From NCBI RefSeq assembly GCF_044224635.1, contig NZ_JBGAKA010000028.1, positions 38,799 through 102,798 of the forward strand: DNA of 64,000 bases. The letters are read 5' to 3'. A program made the position numbers and the translations under genes. This DNA comes from Reyranella sp. (GTDB lineage Bacteria; Pseudomonadota; Alphaproteobacteria; Reyranellales; Reyranellaceae). Numbering within the stretch: position 1 is the first letter of the stretch; each line of letters starts with the position of its first letter. This document shows, in pieces, positions 38,684-48,036 of the stretch. The notes under the pieces were generated by a model. The model saw only the letters and a program-made list of their open reading frames with translations. It had not been told where the DNA came from and did no database searches.

Positions 38684-38848
38684 ATGCGCAAGCTTGCGCT
38701 CGTGACCGATGCAGATGCGGTAGGCCTGGCATCGATGTCAGCGCGCGGTGTGATGGAGACTTGGAGCGGCATCAGCCGGGTTTCCGACCGCAAAACGGTC
38801 GTCGCGACCGCAAACCGACCGCAAGCAGGCTGGGTTGCGTTCGGCTAA
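38684..38848 (+). CDS. Candidate 54-aa small ORF upstream of the DHA2 transporter
   Basis: The strong SD AAGGAGGA lies 6 nt before the ATG. The sequence is MRKLALVTDADAVGLASMSARGVMETWSGISRVSDRKTVVATANRPQAGWVAFG. Third-position GC is visibly lower than in neighbouring genes, so coding status is doubtful. Confidence 0.3.
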   Translation: MRKLALVTDADAVGLASMSARGVMETWSGISRVSDRKTVVATANRPQAGWVAFG

Positions 38849-38895
38849 CCCATTGATTCAAAACGGAGCGAACGCACCGAACGCAACGAACGCAA
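38835..38895. promoter_or_regulatory. Cluster of CGAACGCA(A/C) 9-mers: three tandem direct copies plus one inverted copy, in an AT-enriched spacer
   Basis: GTTGCGTTCGG sits at 38835..38845. CGAACGCAC, CGAACGCAA and CGAACGCAA sit at 38869..38895. The cluster is about 150 nt upstream of the proposed MFS start. Confidence 0.3.
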
Positions 38896-39044
38896 AAATG
38901 CAGCCCCATTCTTTTTGCCACCGGCCTCGCTGGGGGTCGTGCTGCCCGCGGAGCAATGCCCTGGCGTCGCGCAGCGTGCCGCTTGTCAAGCAGACGGCCG
39001 CGGCGGCAATCTCGCTCCCGTGGCATGACTCGGGAGGCCCGTCG

Positions 39045-40571
39045 TTGACTGAACAATCGCCGGGCCCCTTCACGCTCGCGGCCGTGCGGCGGGCCGTCCT
39101 CGAGGGGCACGAGCCGCCTCCGGTGCCGGCCATCGCGCGGCTCGCCTCCTATCGCTGGTTCGTCGTCGCCACGGTCTGCGTCGGCGCCTTTATGGGACAG
39201 GTCGATGCCAGCCTGACGCAGATGCTGCTGCCCCGGCTCGAGCGCGACTTCGACGCCCGGCTGAGCGCGGTGAGCTGGATCGCCGTCGCCTACCTGCTGG
39301 CCATGGCGTCGTGCATGCCGATCTACGGACGGCTGGCTGACCTGATCGGCCGCAAGCTGCTTTATACCGCGGGCTTCCTCACCTTCATCCTGGGATCGGC
39401 CTTGTGCGGCTTCGCGTGGGACCTGACGTCGCTGGTGGTCTTCCGTGTTCTCCAGGGAGCGGGGGCGGCGCTGATCACGGCCAACAGCATCGCCATCGTC
39501 GTGCTGGCGACCCATGCCGAGGAGCGCGGGCGGGCGCTCGGTCTGCAATCGGCGGCCCAGGCGATCGGCCTGGGAGCGGGCCCTGCCATCGGCGGGTTGG
39601 TGCTCGACACGCTGGGCTGGCACTGGGCGTTCTGGATCAACGTTCCGGTCGGGCTGATCGGCGCCGCGATGGGCTGGATGGTCATCCCCCAGTCGCGCAA
39701 GTCGGCGGACTCCGAAAAGTTCGACTGGCACGGGGCATTGCTGATCGCGCCGGCCCTCACGGCCGTCGTGGCGGTGCTGAACGAAGGCTATGCCTGGGGG
39801 CCGACGTCGCCGTCCTTCATCGCCTGCGTGGCCTTCGCGATCCTGTTCCTGTTCCTGTTCTACCGCGCCGAACGGCTCGCCGAGTCGCCGCTGCTCGATC
39901 TCAAGCTCCTGGGTCTGAAACCCTTCCTGATCGGCAACCTGGCGAACTTCCTGTGCTACGGCTGCCTGTTCGGCGTGTTCTTCCTCATCCCCTTCGTGCT
40001 GGTTCGCGTCTACCAGGACTCGGAGCTGGCAGCGGGCCTCAGGCTTTCCATTCTGCCGGTGATGCTGGGCGTGCTGGCGCCCGTCGGCGGCGCCCTGTCC
40101 GACCGCTTCGGCGCGCGCGCGCCGACCACCGCCGGCATGGTGGTCTGCATCGCAGCACTTGCGCTGCTCTACGTCTACCTCGACGGCTCGCGGGCGAACC
40201 TCTCGATGGTGATGTTGGCGCTGGCCCTGTTCGGCGTCGGGCAGGGACTGTTCGTCTCGCCCAACAGCAGCGCGATCATGGGGCTGGCGCCGCCCCAGCT
40301 GACCGGCGAGGCCGGCAGCGTGTTGAACGTGATGCGCTTCCTCGGCATCAGCGCAGGTATCGCCGCCTCCTCGACGGTGCTGGCGCTCAGCCTCGGGATG
40401 ATCCACGGCGGCACCGGCAGCACGGTCGACGCGCCGCCGGCGATGCTGATCGCCGCCGGCCGCGACGTCATCATCCTGCTGATCTGCCTGGCTGCCGGTG
40501 CAGGGTTGCTGTCGCTCGTGCGCCCGGGGACGCCGGCAGCCCGCTCCGAGCACGCCTTCGTGCCAGAGTAG
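39045..40571 (+). CDS. MFS transporter, DHA2 (EmrB/QacA-like, 14-TM) family
   Basis: Reads GAFMGQVDASLTQMLLPRLERDF...WIAVAYLLAMASCMPIYGRLADLIGRK...VFRVLQGAGAA. I proposed the TTG start at 39045 (GGGAGG 7 nt upstream), but the start is uncertain. Confidence 0.85.
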   Translation: MTEQSPGPFTLAAVRRAVLEGHEPPPVPAIARLASYRWFVVATVCVGAFMGQVDASLTQMLLPRLERDFDARLSAVSWIAVAYLLAMASCMPIYGRLADLIGRKLLYTAGFLTFILGSALCGFAWDLTSLVVFRVLQGAGAALITANSIAIVVLATHAEERGRALGLQSAAQAIGLGAGPAIGGLVLDTLGWHWAFWINVPVGLIGAAMGWMVIPQSRKSADSEKFDWHGALLIAPALTAVVAVLNEGYAWGPTSPSFIACVAFAILFLFLFYRAERLAESPLLDLKLLGLKPFLIGNLANFLCYGCLFGVFFLIPFVLVRVYQDSELAAGLRLSILPVMLGVLAPVGGALSDRFGARAPTTAGMVVCIAALALLYVYLDGSRANLSMVMLALALFGVGQGLFVSPNSSAIMGLAPPQLTGEAGSVLNVMRFLGISAGIAASSTVLALSLGMIHGGTGSTVDAPPAMLIAAGRDVIILLICLAAGAGLLSLVRPGTPAARSEHAFVPE

Positions 40572-40679
40572 GCCAGAGTAGGCCAGAGTAGGCGCCGGAG
40601 TAGCGGCGGGCAGCCCTTGCCTTGGCGCCTTTTCGGCCGCCAGACTGCGCGCCTTCACCCTCCAACGGGAACACTCGAC

Positions 40680-41681
40680 ATGCAGCTCGGACTTTTCATG
40701 GCGACGCAGTGGCGTCAGGGCGCCGATCTCGGACCGGAGCTCGACAACCTGATCGAGCAGGTGCGCGCGGCGCGCGCGAGCGGGCTGGTCTCGATCATGG
40801 TCGGCCAGCACTTCGTCTCCGGTCCGCTGCAGATGTTCCAGTCGATGCCGCTGCTGGCGCGGCTCGCCGCCGAGGCGAAGGGCATGCGGGTGGGGCCGGG
40901 CCTGCTGCTGCTGCCGTTGCTCAATCCCGTGGTCGTCGCCGAGGAATGCGCGACGCTCGACTGGCTGACCGACGGCAACGCCATCATCGGCCTCGGGCTG
41001 GGCTATCGCCACGAGGAGTTCTCTTCGATCGGCGTGCCGTTCAAGGAGCGCGTGCCGCGCTTCGTCGAGGGGGTGGCGGTCATTCGCAAGATGTGGCGCG
41101 ACGACGTGGTCGAGCACAGCGGCCGCTTCCATACGGTGAACAAGGTGCAGGCGAGCCTCAAGCCCAAGCGGCCGGGCGGCCCGCCGATCTGGATGGCGGG
41201 CGACGTCGAGGTCGCGGTCAAGCGCGCCGCGCGGCTCGCCGATGCCTGGATGCCCTCGCCCATGGTGACCCTGAAGTCGGTCGGGAAGCTCAACGCGCTG
41301 TTCCGCGACACCCGCGCCGAGCTCGGCCTGCCGGCGGTCGCGGAGTATCCGATCATCCGCGAGTGCCATGTCGGCAGCGGCGTCGGCAGGGCGATCGACG
41401 AGGTGCGCGAGCCGCTCGCCTACAAGTACGAGTCTTATGCGAGCTGGGGCGAGGCCAGCGGCTTCGTCCCGGCCGACCGCATCCGCGGCGACTTCGACCA
41501 GTTCGCCGCCAGCCGCTTCATCATCGGCTCGGAGAACGAGGTCGCCGACCAGATCGCCGCCTACGGCGCCGAGACCGGCACCAACCACATCCTGCTGCGC
41601 GTGCAATGGCCCGGCCTCGACCAGAAGACCGCGCTGCGCACGCTCGAGCGGCTCGGGCGGGTGGTGGAGAAGGTGAAATAA
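40680..41681 (+). CDS. LLM-class flavin-dependent oxidoreductase
   Basis: MQLGLFMATQW...VAEECATLDWLTDGNAIIGLGLGYRHEEF...PPIWMAGD. Confidence 0.85.
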   Translation: MQLGLFMATQWRQGADLGPELDNLIEQVRAARASGLVSIMVGQHFVSGPLQMFQSMPLLARLAAEAKGMRVGPGLLLLPLLNPVVVAEECATLDWLTDGNAIIGLGLGYRHEEFSSIGVPFKERVPRFVEGVAVIRKMWRDDVVEHSGRFHTVNKVQASLKPKRPGGPPIWMAGDVEVAVKRAARLADAWMPSPMVTLKSVGKLNALFRDTRAELGLPAVAEYPIIRECHVGSGVGRAIDEVREPLAYKYESYASWGEASGFVPADRIRGDFDQFAASRFIIGSENEVADQIAAYGAETGTNHILLRVQWPGLDQKTALRTLERLGRVVEKVK

Positions 41682-41683
41682 TT

Positions 41684-41708
41684 CCTCCCCAAGCTGCGCT
41701 TGGGGAGG
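41684..41708. terminator. Single REP-A hairpin placed exactly between two convergent stop codons (possible bidirectional terminator)
   Basis: CCTCCCCAAGC-TGC-GCTTGGGGAGG, 3 nt after the LLM stop and 9 nt before the carboxylase stop. Confidence 0.4.
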
Positions 41709-41716
41709 AGAAGAAC

Positions 41717-44700
41717 CTACGGCCTGAACTGCAGCGCCCGCGGCCCGAGCTGCGAGGGCTGCGACACGATGCGGTACGCGTCGCCAACCCATTCGCAGAC
41801 CAGCCGGCGGGTGTCGCGCGGGTCGATCATCTCCTCCATCTCGAAGCGGTTGAGCGGGCCGATGGGCCCGCGCGCGCTCTCGATGCGGGCGTTGATCTCG
41901 GCGCGCAGGGCGGCCGGATCGGCGGCCTCGGCGAGCTGGCGCTTGTAGGCCGCCTCGATACCGCCTTCGGGCGGGATGCCGCCGACGTCGGCGGCCGGCC
42001 ACACCACGCGCGCCGACACCGCAGCGCGCGGCGTGGCGTAGTTGTTGCCGGCGACGCCGAAGCTGCGGCGCATCAGCACGGTGAAGATCGGCACCGTCAC
42101 CTGGGCGAAGGCCACCATCCATTCGCCGCCCTTGCGGATGGTGCCGGCGACCTCGTGCTCGATGCCGACGGCGAAGCCCGGATTGTCGACCAGGTTGAGC
42201 ACCGGCAGATGGAACAGGTCGCACAGGTCGAGATGGCGCTTGAGCTTGTCGCAGCCGTCGGCGGTCAGCGCGCCGCCGTTGATGTGCCGGGAGTCCGAGG
42301 CGATGACGCCCATCGGATGACCGGCGAAACGCACCAGGCCCGTCACCTGGTCGGTGCCCCACAATGGCCCGATCTCGAAGAACGAGTCCTTGTCGGCCAT
42401 CAGCCGGATGGCGCGCCGCACGTCGAAGGTCGCGGTGCGCTTGCGCGGCACCAAGGTCAGCAGCTCCTCCTCGCGGCGGTCGGCCGGATCGGCCGAGGGG
42501 GCAACCGGCGGCACCTCGTAGACGCTGGGCGGCAGGTAGGACAGGAAGCGCCGCGTCTGGGCCATCGCCTCCTCCTCGGACTCGGCCAGGTTGTCGACCG
42601 AGCCGTTGCGGCAATGGATCTGCCAGCCGCCGAGATCCTCCTTGGTGACGTCGTAGCCCATGGCGTGGCTGACCACCGGCGGGCCGGCGACGAAGAGCTG
42701 CGAGATGTCGCGCACCATCACCGAGAAATGGCCGAGCACCGCCTTGGCAGCACCAATGCCGACGACGCTGCCCAGCAGCATGTTGACCACCGGCACCTTG
42801 CTCAGCTGATCGACATAGAGGGTGCTGCCGAGATGGCCGGGCAGGAACGAGCCCCCGGTGCCGGTGACGCGCGGCCGGCCGGCCTTGATCGCGCCGGTGC
42901 TCTCCTTGACCGACGCCGCGCCGTCGCTTGCCTGCTTGGGCACCATGGTGGCGACGCTGCCGCCGCCCGACGAGCCGTCGAGCAGGCGGATCGACGGCGC
43001 GCGCAGCTCGGTCGACAGCCGGTCGAAATGGCGCGACTTCTGGCCCACCGCGCCATCGGCGTGACCGCCGCGCGAGGTGAAGTCGTCGGCGCAGACGACG
43101 CAGGCGCGGCCGTCGATGCGGCCGGTGCCGCCGACATGGCTGGCCGGCGTGAACTCGGCGATGTTGCCGTCCTCGTCGTAGCTCGCGAAGCCGGCAAGAC
43201 TGCCGATCTCGCGGAAGCTGCCCTTGTCGAGCAGCGCATCGATGCGCTCGCGGCAGGTGAGCTTGTGGCGGTTGCGCTGGCGCACCACGCCGGGATCCTT
43301 CGAGCCCGGCGCCAGCCGTGCATGGGCGATCGCCTGCAGGGCGCTCACCTGGGCGAGCACCGGCGACCAGCTGTCCGCTGCCGACGCCGCGACGACGATG
43401 TCGGTGGCGCCGGCCGCCGGACGCAGGACGGCGAGCACCTGGCCGCCGTCGACCGCATTGCCGACCGCGATCGGGGCCAGGCTCGTCACCGTGCCGGCGC
43501 ACGGCGCCGTGACCGAGCTCTCCATCTTCATCGCCGTGACCACGAACAGGGTGTCGCCGGCCGCGACCCTCTGGTCCTCGCCGACATTGATGGCGACGAC
43601 CGAGCCGGCGTGCGGGCACTCGATGCCGCGATGGCCGGCCGGCACTGGCAGCGTCGGCTTGGGTGGCGGCAGCATGCCCGGGGGACGGCCGCGCCCCAGG
43701 GCGGCGGCCTGCTGGTCGAGGAAGTGCAGGGCGCCGGCCTGCTTCGGCTTGGCCGCGCCGAGCTCGGGTGCTTCGCTCAGGAGGGTGGTGCGCGCGTCGC
43801 CGGCGCGGAACGCGGCATGGCCCAGGATGGCGTCGAGCTGCGCGAGATTGGTCGGCACGCCGGCGATGTGGAATTCGCCGAGCGCGCGGCGCGTGCGATC
43901 GACCGCCGACTGGAACGAGCCCGACGAATTCGACTGGCAGATCAGCTTGGCGAGCAGCGGATCGAACTGCGGCGGCGGGGCGAGGCCGACGTAACCGCAG
44001 GCATCGACGCGCACGCCGGGGCCCGACGGCTCGCGATAGGCGCTGAGCGTGCCGGTGCCCTGGGCGACGACGCGGGCCTGGATGGCGAAGCCGCGCGGCG
44101 CGCCGACGGCCTTCTGGTCGGCGAGGCCGAGGGCGCCCAGCGAGGCGCCGGCGGCGATGCGGAACTGCGCCTCGACCAGATCGATCCCCGTCACCTGCTC
44201 CGTGATCGTGTGCTCGACCTGGATGCGCGGATTGCACTCGATGAAGTAGTGCTCGCCCGATTCAGGATTGACCAGGAACTCGACGGTGCCGGCATTCTCG
44301 TAGCGCGCGGCGCGGGCGAGCTTCAGGGCATCGTCGAGGATGCGCTGGCGCAGGCCGTCGTCGAGGTTGGCGGCCGGTGCCACCTCGACGACCTTCTGGT
44401 TGCGCAGCTGCACCGAGCAGTCGCGCTCATGCAGGTGCACGACATTGCCCTTTCCATCGCCCAGCACCTGGACCTCGATGTGGCGCGGCCGCGGCACGAT
44501 CTTCTCCAGGAACACCGCGCCGTCGCCGAACGCGGCTTGCGCCTCGCCCTGGCAGCGCGCGAAGGCCTCGTCCATGTCCTCAGGCCCCGCCACGGCGCGC
44601 ATGCCGCGCCCGCCGCCGCCGGCCGAAGCCTTCAGCATCACCGGATAGCCGACCGACTGGGCGAGCGCCTTGGCCTCGGCGCTCGAGGCGAGGGCGGCCG

Positions 44701-45133
44701 GCGCGCCGGGCACCACCGGGATGCCCTGCGACTGCGCGAAGGCGCGCGCCTCGACCTTGTCGCCGAACAGCGCCAGGGTCGCCGGCGCCGGCCCGATGAA
44801 GCGCAAGCCTTCGACGCGGCAGCGTTCGGCGAAGTTGGCGTTCTCGGAGAGGAAGCCGTAGCCCGGATGCACGCAATCGCTGCCGCTTTCCTTGGCGGCC
44901 GTGATGATCGCCTCGACATCGAGATAGGCGCGCACCGGATCGGCGGCGAGCGCCGCGCCGTTGCCGATCTCGCGCGCGCCAATCTCCCGCGCACTCGTCG
45001 CGAGCTTGGCATGCAGCGACAGCGCATCGGCCGGCGCATGGACCGCCACCGACTCGACACCGAGCGCCGATGCCGCCCGCGCAATTCGAATCGCGATCTC
45101 GCCGCGATTGGCGATCAGGACACGCTTGAACAT
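41717..45133 (-). CDS. Single-chain biotin-dependent acyl-CoA carboxylase (biotin carboxylase + BCCP + carboxyltransferase fused)
   Basis: BC domain: RVLIANRGEIAIRIARAA, GYPVMLKASAGGGGRGMR. Biotinyl motif VTAMKMESSV. The C-terminal ~520 aa is a carboxyltransferase (crotonase-like) domain. The ATG at 45133 has GAGGAA upstream. Confidence 0.9.
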   Translation of the reverse strand: MFKRVLIANRGEIAIRIARAASALGVESVAVHAPADALSLHAKLATSAREIGAREIGNGAALAADPVRAYLDVEAIITAAKESGSDCVHPGYGFLSENANFAERCRVEGLRFIGPAPATLALFGDKVEARAFAQSQGIPVVPGAPAALASSAEAKALAQSVGYPVMLKASAGGGGRGMRAVAGPEDMDEAFARCQGEAQAAFGDGAVFLEKIVPRPRHIEVQVLGDGKGNVVHLHERDCSVQLRNQKVVEVAPAANLDDGLRQRILDDALKLARAARYENAGTVEFLVNPESGEHYFIECNPRIQVEHTITEQVTGIDLVEAQFRIAAGASLGALGLADQKAVGAPRGFAIQARVVAQGTGTLSAYREPSGPGVRVDACGYVGLAPPPQFDPLLAKLICQSNSSGSFQSAVDRTRRALGEFHIAGVPTNLAQLDAILGHAAFRAGDARTTLLSEAPELGAAKPKQAGALHFLDQQAAALGRGRPPGMLPPPKPTLPVPAGHRGIECPHAGSVVAINVGEDQRVAAGDTLFVVTAMKMESSVTAPCAGTVTSLAPIAVGNAVDGGQVLAVLRPAAGATDIVVAASAADSWSPVLAQVSALQAIAHARLAPGSKDPGVVRQRNRHKLTCRERIDALLDKGSFREIGSLAGFASYDEDGNIAEFTPASHVGGTGRIDGRACVVCADDFTSRGGHADGAVGQKSRHFDRLSTELRAPSIRLLDGSSGGGSVATMVPKQASDGAASVKESTGAIKAGRPRVTGTGGSFLPGHLGSTLYVDQLSKVPVVNMLLGSVVGIGAAKAVLGHFSVMVRDISQLFVAGPPVVSHAMGYDVTKEDLGGWQIHCRNGSVDNLAESEEEAMAQTRRFLSYLPPSVYEVPPVAPSADPADRREEELLTLVPRKRTATFDVRRAIRLMADKDSFFEIGPLWGTDQVTGLVRFAGHPMGVIASDSRHINGGALTADGCDKLKRHLDLCDLFHLPVLNLVDNPGFAVGIEHEVAGTIRKGGEWMVAFAQVTVPIFTVLMRRSFGVAGNNYATPRAAVSARVVWPAADVGGIPPEGGIEAAYKRQLAEAADPAALRAEINARIESARGPIGPLNRFEMEEMIDPRDTRRLVCEWVGDAYRIVSQPSQLGPRALQFRP

Positions 45134-45157
45134 CGATTTCCTCACCTGTCTCTATCT

Positions 45158-45253
45158 TGTCATCCTGAGCGCAGCGAAGGATCTCATCGCCGTTTCGTAC
45201 AGCTGCTCTTGCAATTTCGGTCGATGAGATCCTTCGCTGCGCTCAGGATGACA
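45158..45253. repeat. REP-C: perfect 32-bp inverted repeat with a 32-nt loop
   Basis: TGTCATCCTGAGCGCAGCGAAGGATCTCATCG ... CGATGAGATCCTTCGCTGCGCTCAGGATGACA. I checked complementarity base by base. Confidence 0.9.
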
Positions 45254-45259
45254 GAACCA

Positions 45260-46306
45260 TCACGCCAGCTTGTAGACCCGCTTCGCCGTGCCGCTGAACA
45301 GCGCCGTCTTCTCGTCCGCCGAGGCGCCGGCGGCCATCAGCTTGAAGGCGTTCCACAGCACGGCATAGCCGGTCGAGACCTTGTCGACCGGGAAATTGCT
45401 TTCGAACATGCAGCGGCTGGCGCCGAAGGCCTCGATGCAGGTCGCGATCCACGGCTTCCAGGCGTCGGCGATCTCACGCGATGTCGGCGGCACGGGGCGG
45501 TGCATGTGGTCGAACGGACCGATATCCATGCCCAGCCCGCCCAGCTTGACCACCACGTTGGGGCAGCGCGCCAGCTCGATCATGTCGGCCTTCCAGGCGG
45601 CGAACACGGCGTCGGTCTTGCCGGCATAGGGGCCGATGCCCAGCGGCCCGCCGCAGTGATTGAGGATCATCGTGGTCTGCGGCACGGCGCGGGCCAGCGC
45701 AATCACCTCCGCGAGCTGCGGATGGTATTGCCAGGCCTCGTAGGTGAGGCCGAGGGCGCCGAGCTGGGCCACGCCCTCGCGATAGTCCGCCTGGGCATAG
45801 AGTCCCTGCGGCGGATTGGTGTGGCTGTTGCGGACGTCGGGGCTCGCGTCCCAGCCGCCGGCATGGCGGATGCCGCGGAAGCGGCCGTTGCCGGCGGCGA
45901 TGTGCGCCTCGAGCACGGCGCGGGCGCGTGCACCCAAGGTCATGTCGACATACGAGACGATGCCCGCACAGGCGCGGGTCGGGCCGTAGATGCCACTCTC
46001 GCTCATCGCCGCCACGCCGTTGGCGAACTCGGTCTCGCCGATGGGGCGCATCTCGGCCGGTCCGCCGCCGCGGTACATCGAGCGGCAGTCGATATAGACC
46101 GTATGGGTGATGGTGTGGCCGGTGCCGGTGTCGGCCAGCAGCTCGTCGAGCAGGTAGCGCTGGTTGAGGTGATCCCACAGATGATGGTGCGGATCGACGA
46201 TCGGAAGATCCGGATCGAGGATCGGCTCCTTCGCCTGCTTGGCGAGCCACGCCTCGTCCGGCACGAAGGCGCGGCGCTGCCGTTCGACTGTCTGCCCTTT
46301 GGCCAT
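45260..46306 (-). CDS. Amidohydrolase-2 (metal-dependent TIM-barrel hydrolase/decarboxylase) family protein
   Basis: IVDPHHHLWD (HxH metal motif), ILNHCGGP, FESNFPVD, typical of the PF04909-like family. Confidence 0.85.
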   Translation of the reverse strand: MAKGQTVERQRRAFVPDEAWLAKQAKEPILDPDLPIVDPHHHLWDHLNQRYLLDELLADTGTGHTITHTVYIDCRSMYRGGGPAEMRPIGETEFANGVAAMSESGIYGPTRACAGIVSYVDMTLGARARAVLEAHIAAGNGRFRGIRHAGGWDASPDVRNSHTNPPQGLYAQADYREGVAQLGALGLTYEAWQYHPQLAEVIALARAVPQTTMILNHCGGPLGIGPYAGKTDAVFAAWKADMIELARCPNVVVKLGGLGMDIGPFDHMHRPVPPTSREIADAWKPWIATCIEAFGASRCMFESNFPVDKVSTGYAVLWNAFKLMAAGASADEKTALFSGTAKRVYKLA

Positions 46307-46359
46307 CGTTTCCCCTCCGCTTGTCCCCGAAATCTACAAGGCAAGCAGGGGGCGGCGCA

Positions 46360-47982
46360 TCAGTGCCGCTTCGGCTGATGGAATTCGTAGGGCGGATAAT
46401 CCTTGGCGATGTCGGAGACGACCTCGATCACGGCCGGGGCGTTGCTTGCGATCGCCTCGCGCAGCGCCCCGCGCAGGCCGTCGGCCGTCTCGACCTGCCA
46501 CGCGGCGACGCCGAACGACTTGGCATAGGCCTGGAAGTCGGGGTTGGTGAGAACGGCGCCCGAGTGGCGGCCTTCGTAGAGCCGCTGCTGGTCGCGCAGC
46601 ACGTTGCCGTAGGAGGCGTTGTTCACCACCACGGTCACCAGGTTGATGCCGAACTGCACTGCGGTCGCGAGGTCGGAGCCGCCGAACAGGAAGCCGCCGT
46701 CACCGGTGACCGACACGACCGGACGATCGGGATTGGCCACCTTGACGCCGAGCGCCGTCGGGAAGCCGTAGCCCAGGGTGCCGGAGAAACCCGAGGAGAT
46801 CAGGCGGCGCGGCTGGTGAACGGGATAGCCGTACCAGATGATGTAGCCGACCTGCGTCACCTCATCGACGACGATGCCATCGTCGGGCAGCACGTCGCGG
46901 ATCGCCTCGACCATCGAATATTGCGGCTGCGCCTTCTGGATCGCCGCCAGCGCCGCCGCCTTGGCCTTCGCCACCTCGGCGCGCCACGCCGCGGTATCGC
47001 TCTTCTTCGCAACGGCGGCGGCGAGGGCGCGCGCACCTTGGGCGGCGTCCGCCACGATCGGCACGTTGACCGCGAGCCGGCGATGCTCGGCCGGATCGAT
47101 GTCGATGCGCGCCGTCTTGAGGCCGGCGGGCGCCGCGCCCCAGCGTGCCATCGGCACGTCGAGACGCGTGCCGATGCCGATCAGCAGATCGACCTTGTCC
47201 CACAGCTCGAAGCCGCCGACCGTGTTCAGCGACAGCGCATGGCGCGAATCGACCACGCCCTTGCCGGTGCGGAAGGAGACCACCGGCGCGCCGATCTTCT
47301 CGGCCAGCGCCAGCACCTCGGCGCCGGCCTCGGCCGCGCCGCCGCCGACCCAGATCATCGGCGCCTTGGCGACATCGACCAGCCTGGCGAGGGCCGCGAT
47401 CTTGTCGGGATCGGGGGTGGGAGCCGCGTGCTTGCCCAGCGGATCGATCGGCGTGACGTCGGCGGTTGCCGGGAACATGTCCCACGGCATCTCGACCGCG
47501 ACCGGGCCGGGGCGGCCCGACACCATCGCCTGGTAGGCGCGCGCCATGACCTGCGGCGCGTCGGTCGGATGCTCGATGCGCTCGGCGAACTTCAGCAGCG
47601 TCTTCAGCGTGGCCAGCTGGTCGGGCATCTCGTGCAGCTGCCCGCGGCCGCGCCCGATCATGGCGCTCGGCACCTGGCCCGTGATGCACATGATCGGCGC
47701 GTTGACGCCCCATGCCGTGGTCAATGCGCCCATCGTATTCATGACGCCGGGGCCCGGCACCACCGAGAAAGCCGACGGCTTGCCGGTCGACTGCGCATAG
47801 CCCAGCGCCATGTAGGCCGTCGTCTGCTCGTGCCGCGCATTGACCACGCGCAGCCGGTTGGCGTTGCGCGCGAAGGCATCGAACAGCCCGTACATCTGCA
47901 CGCCGGGCAAGCCGAAGACCGTATCGATTCCGTGACGCAACAGTGAATCGACGATGGCGTCGCCGCCGGTCATGCGTGGCAT
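46360..47982 (-). CDS. Thiamine diphosphate-dependent enzyme (acetolactate synthase-like large subunit family)
   Basis: GGDAIVDSLLRHGIDTVFGLPG, RHEQTTAYMALGY, and the ThDP motif GDGGF...NN (VTGDGGFLFGGSDLATAVQFGINLVTVVVNNASYG). Confidence 0.9.
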   Translation of the reverse strand: MPRMTGGDAIVDSLLRHGIDTVFGLPGVQMYGLFDAFARNANRLRVVNARHEQTTAYMALGYAQSTGKPSAFSVVPGPGVMNTMGALTTAWGVNAPIMCITGQVPSAMIGRGRGQLHEMPDQLATLKTLLKFAERIEHPTDAPQVMARAYQAMVSGRPGPVAVEMPWDMFPATADVTPIDPLGKHAAPTPDPDKIAALARLVDVAKAPMIWVGGGAAEAGAEVLALAEKIGAPVVSFRTGKGVVDSRHALSLNTVGGFELWDKVDLLIGIGTRLDVPMARWGAAPAGLKTARIDIDPAEHRRLAVNVPIVADAAQGARALAAAVAKKSDTAAWRAEVAKAKAAALAAIQKAQPQYSMVEAIRDVLPDDGIVVDEVTQVGYIIWYGYPVHQPRRLISSGFSGTLGYGFPTALGVKVANPDRPVVSVTGDGGFLFGGSDLATAVQFGINLVTVVVNNASYGNVLRDQQRLYEGRHSGAVLTNPDFQAYAKSFGVAAWQVETADGLRGALREAIASNAPAVIEVVSDIAKDYPPYEFHQPKRH

Positions 47983-48036
47983 GGGATCTCCCGTTTCGAG
48001 ATGGTGATGTCGATCTTGGCTCGGCTCGCAGGCGAA

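Noticed and set aside
38772-44237. 1821-aa minus-strand ORF
   Set aside because: It overlaps the well-supported MFS (opposite strand), LLM and carboxylase (other frame) genes. The sequence is Arg/Pro/Gly-rich with no recognisable domains.
40622-46378. 1918-aa plus-strand ORF, the longest in the track
   Set aside because: It is antisense or off-frame to the LLM, carboxylase and amidohydrolase genes. Its composition is low-complexity Arg/Gly/Ala/Asp with no motifs. This is the typical stop-codon-depletion artefact of high-GC DNA.
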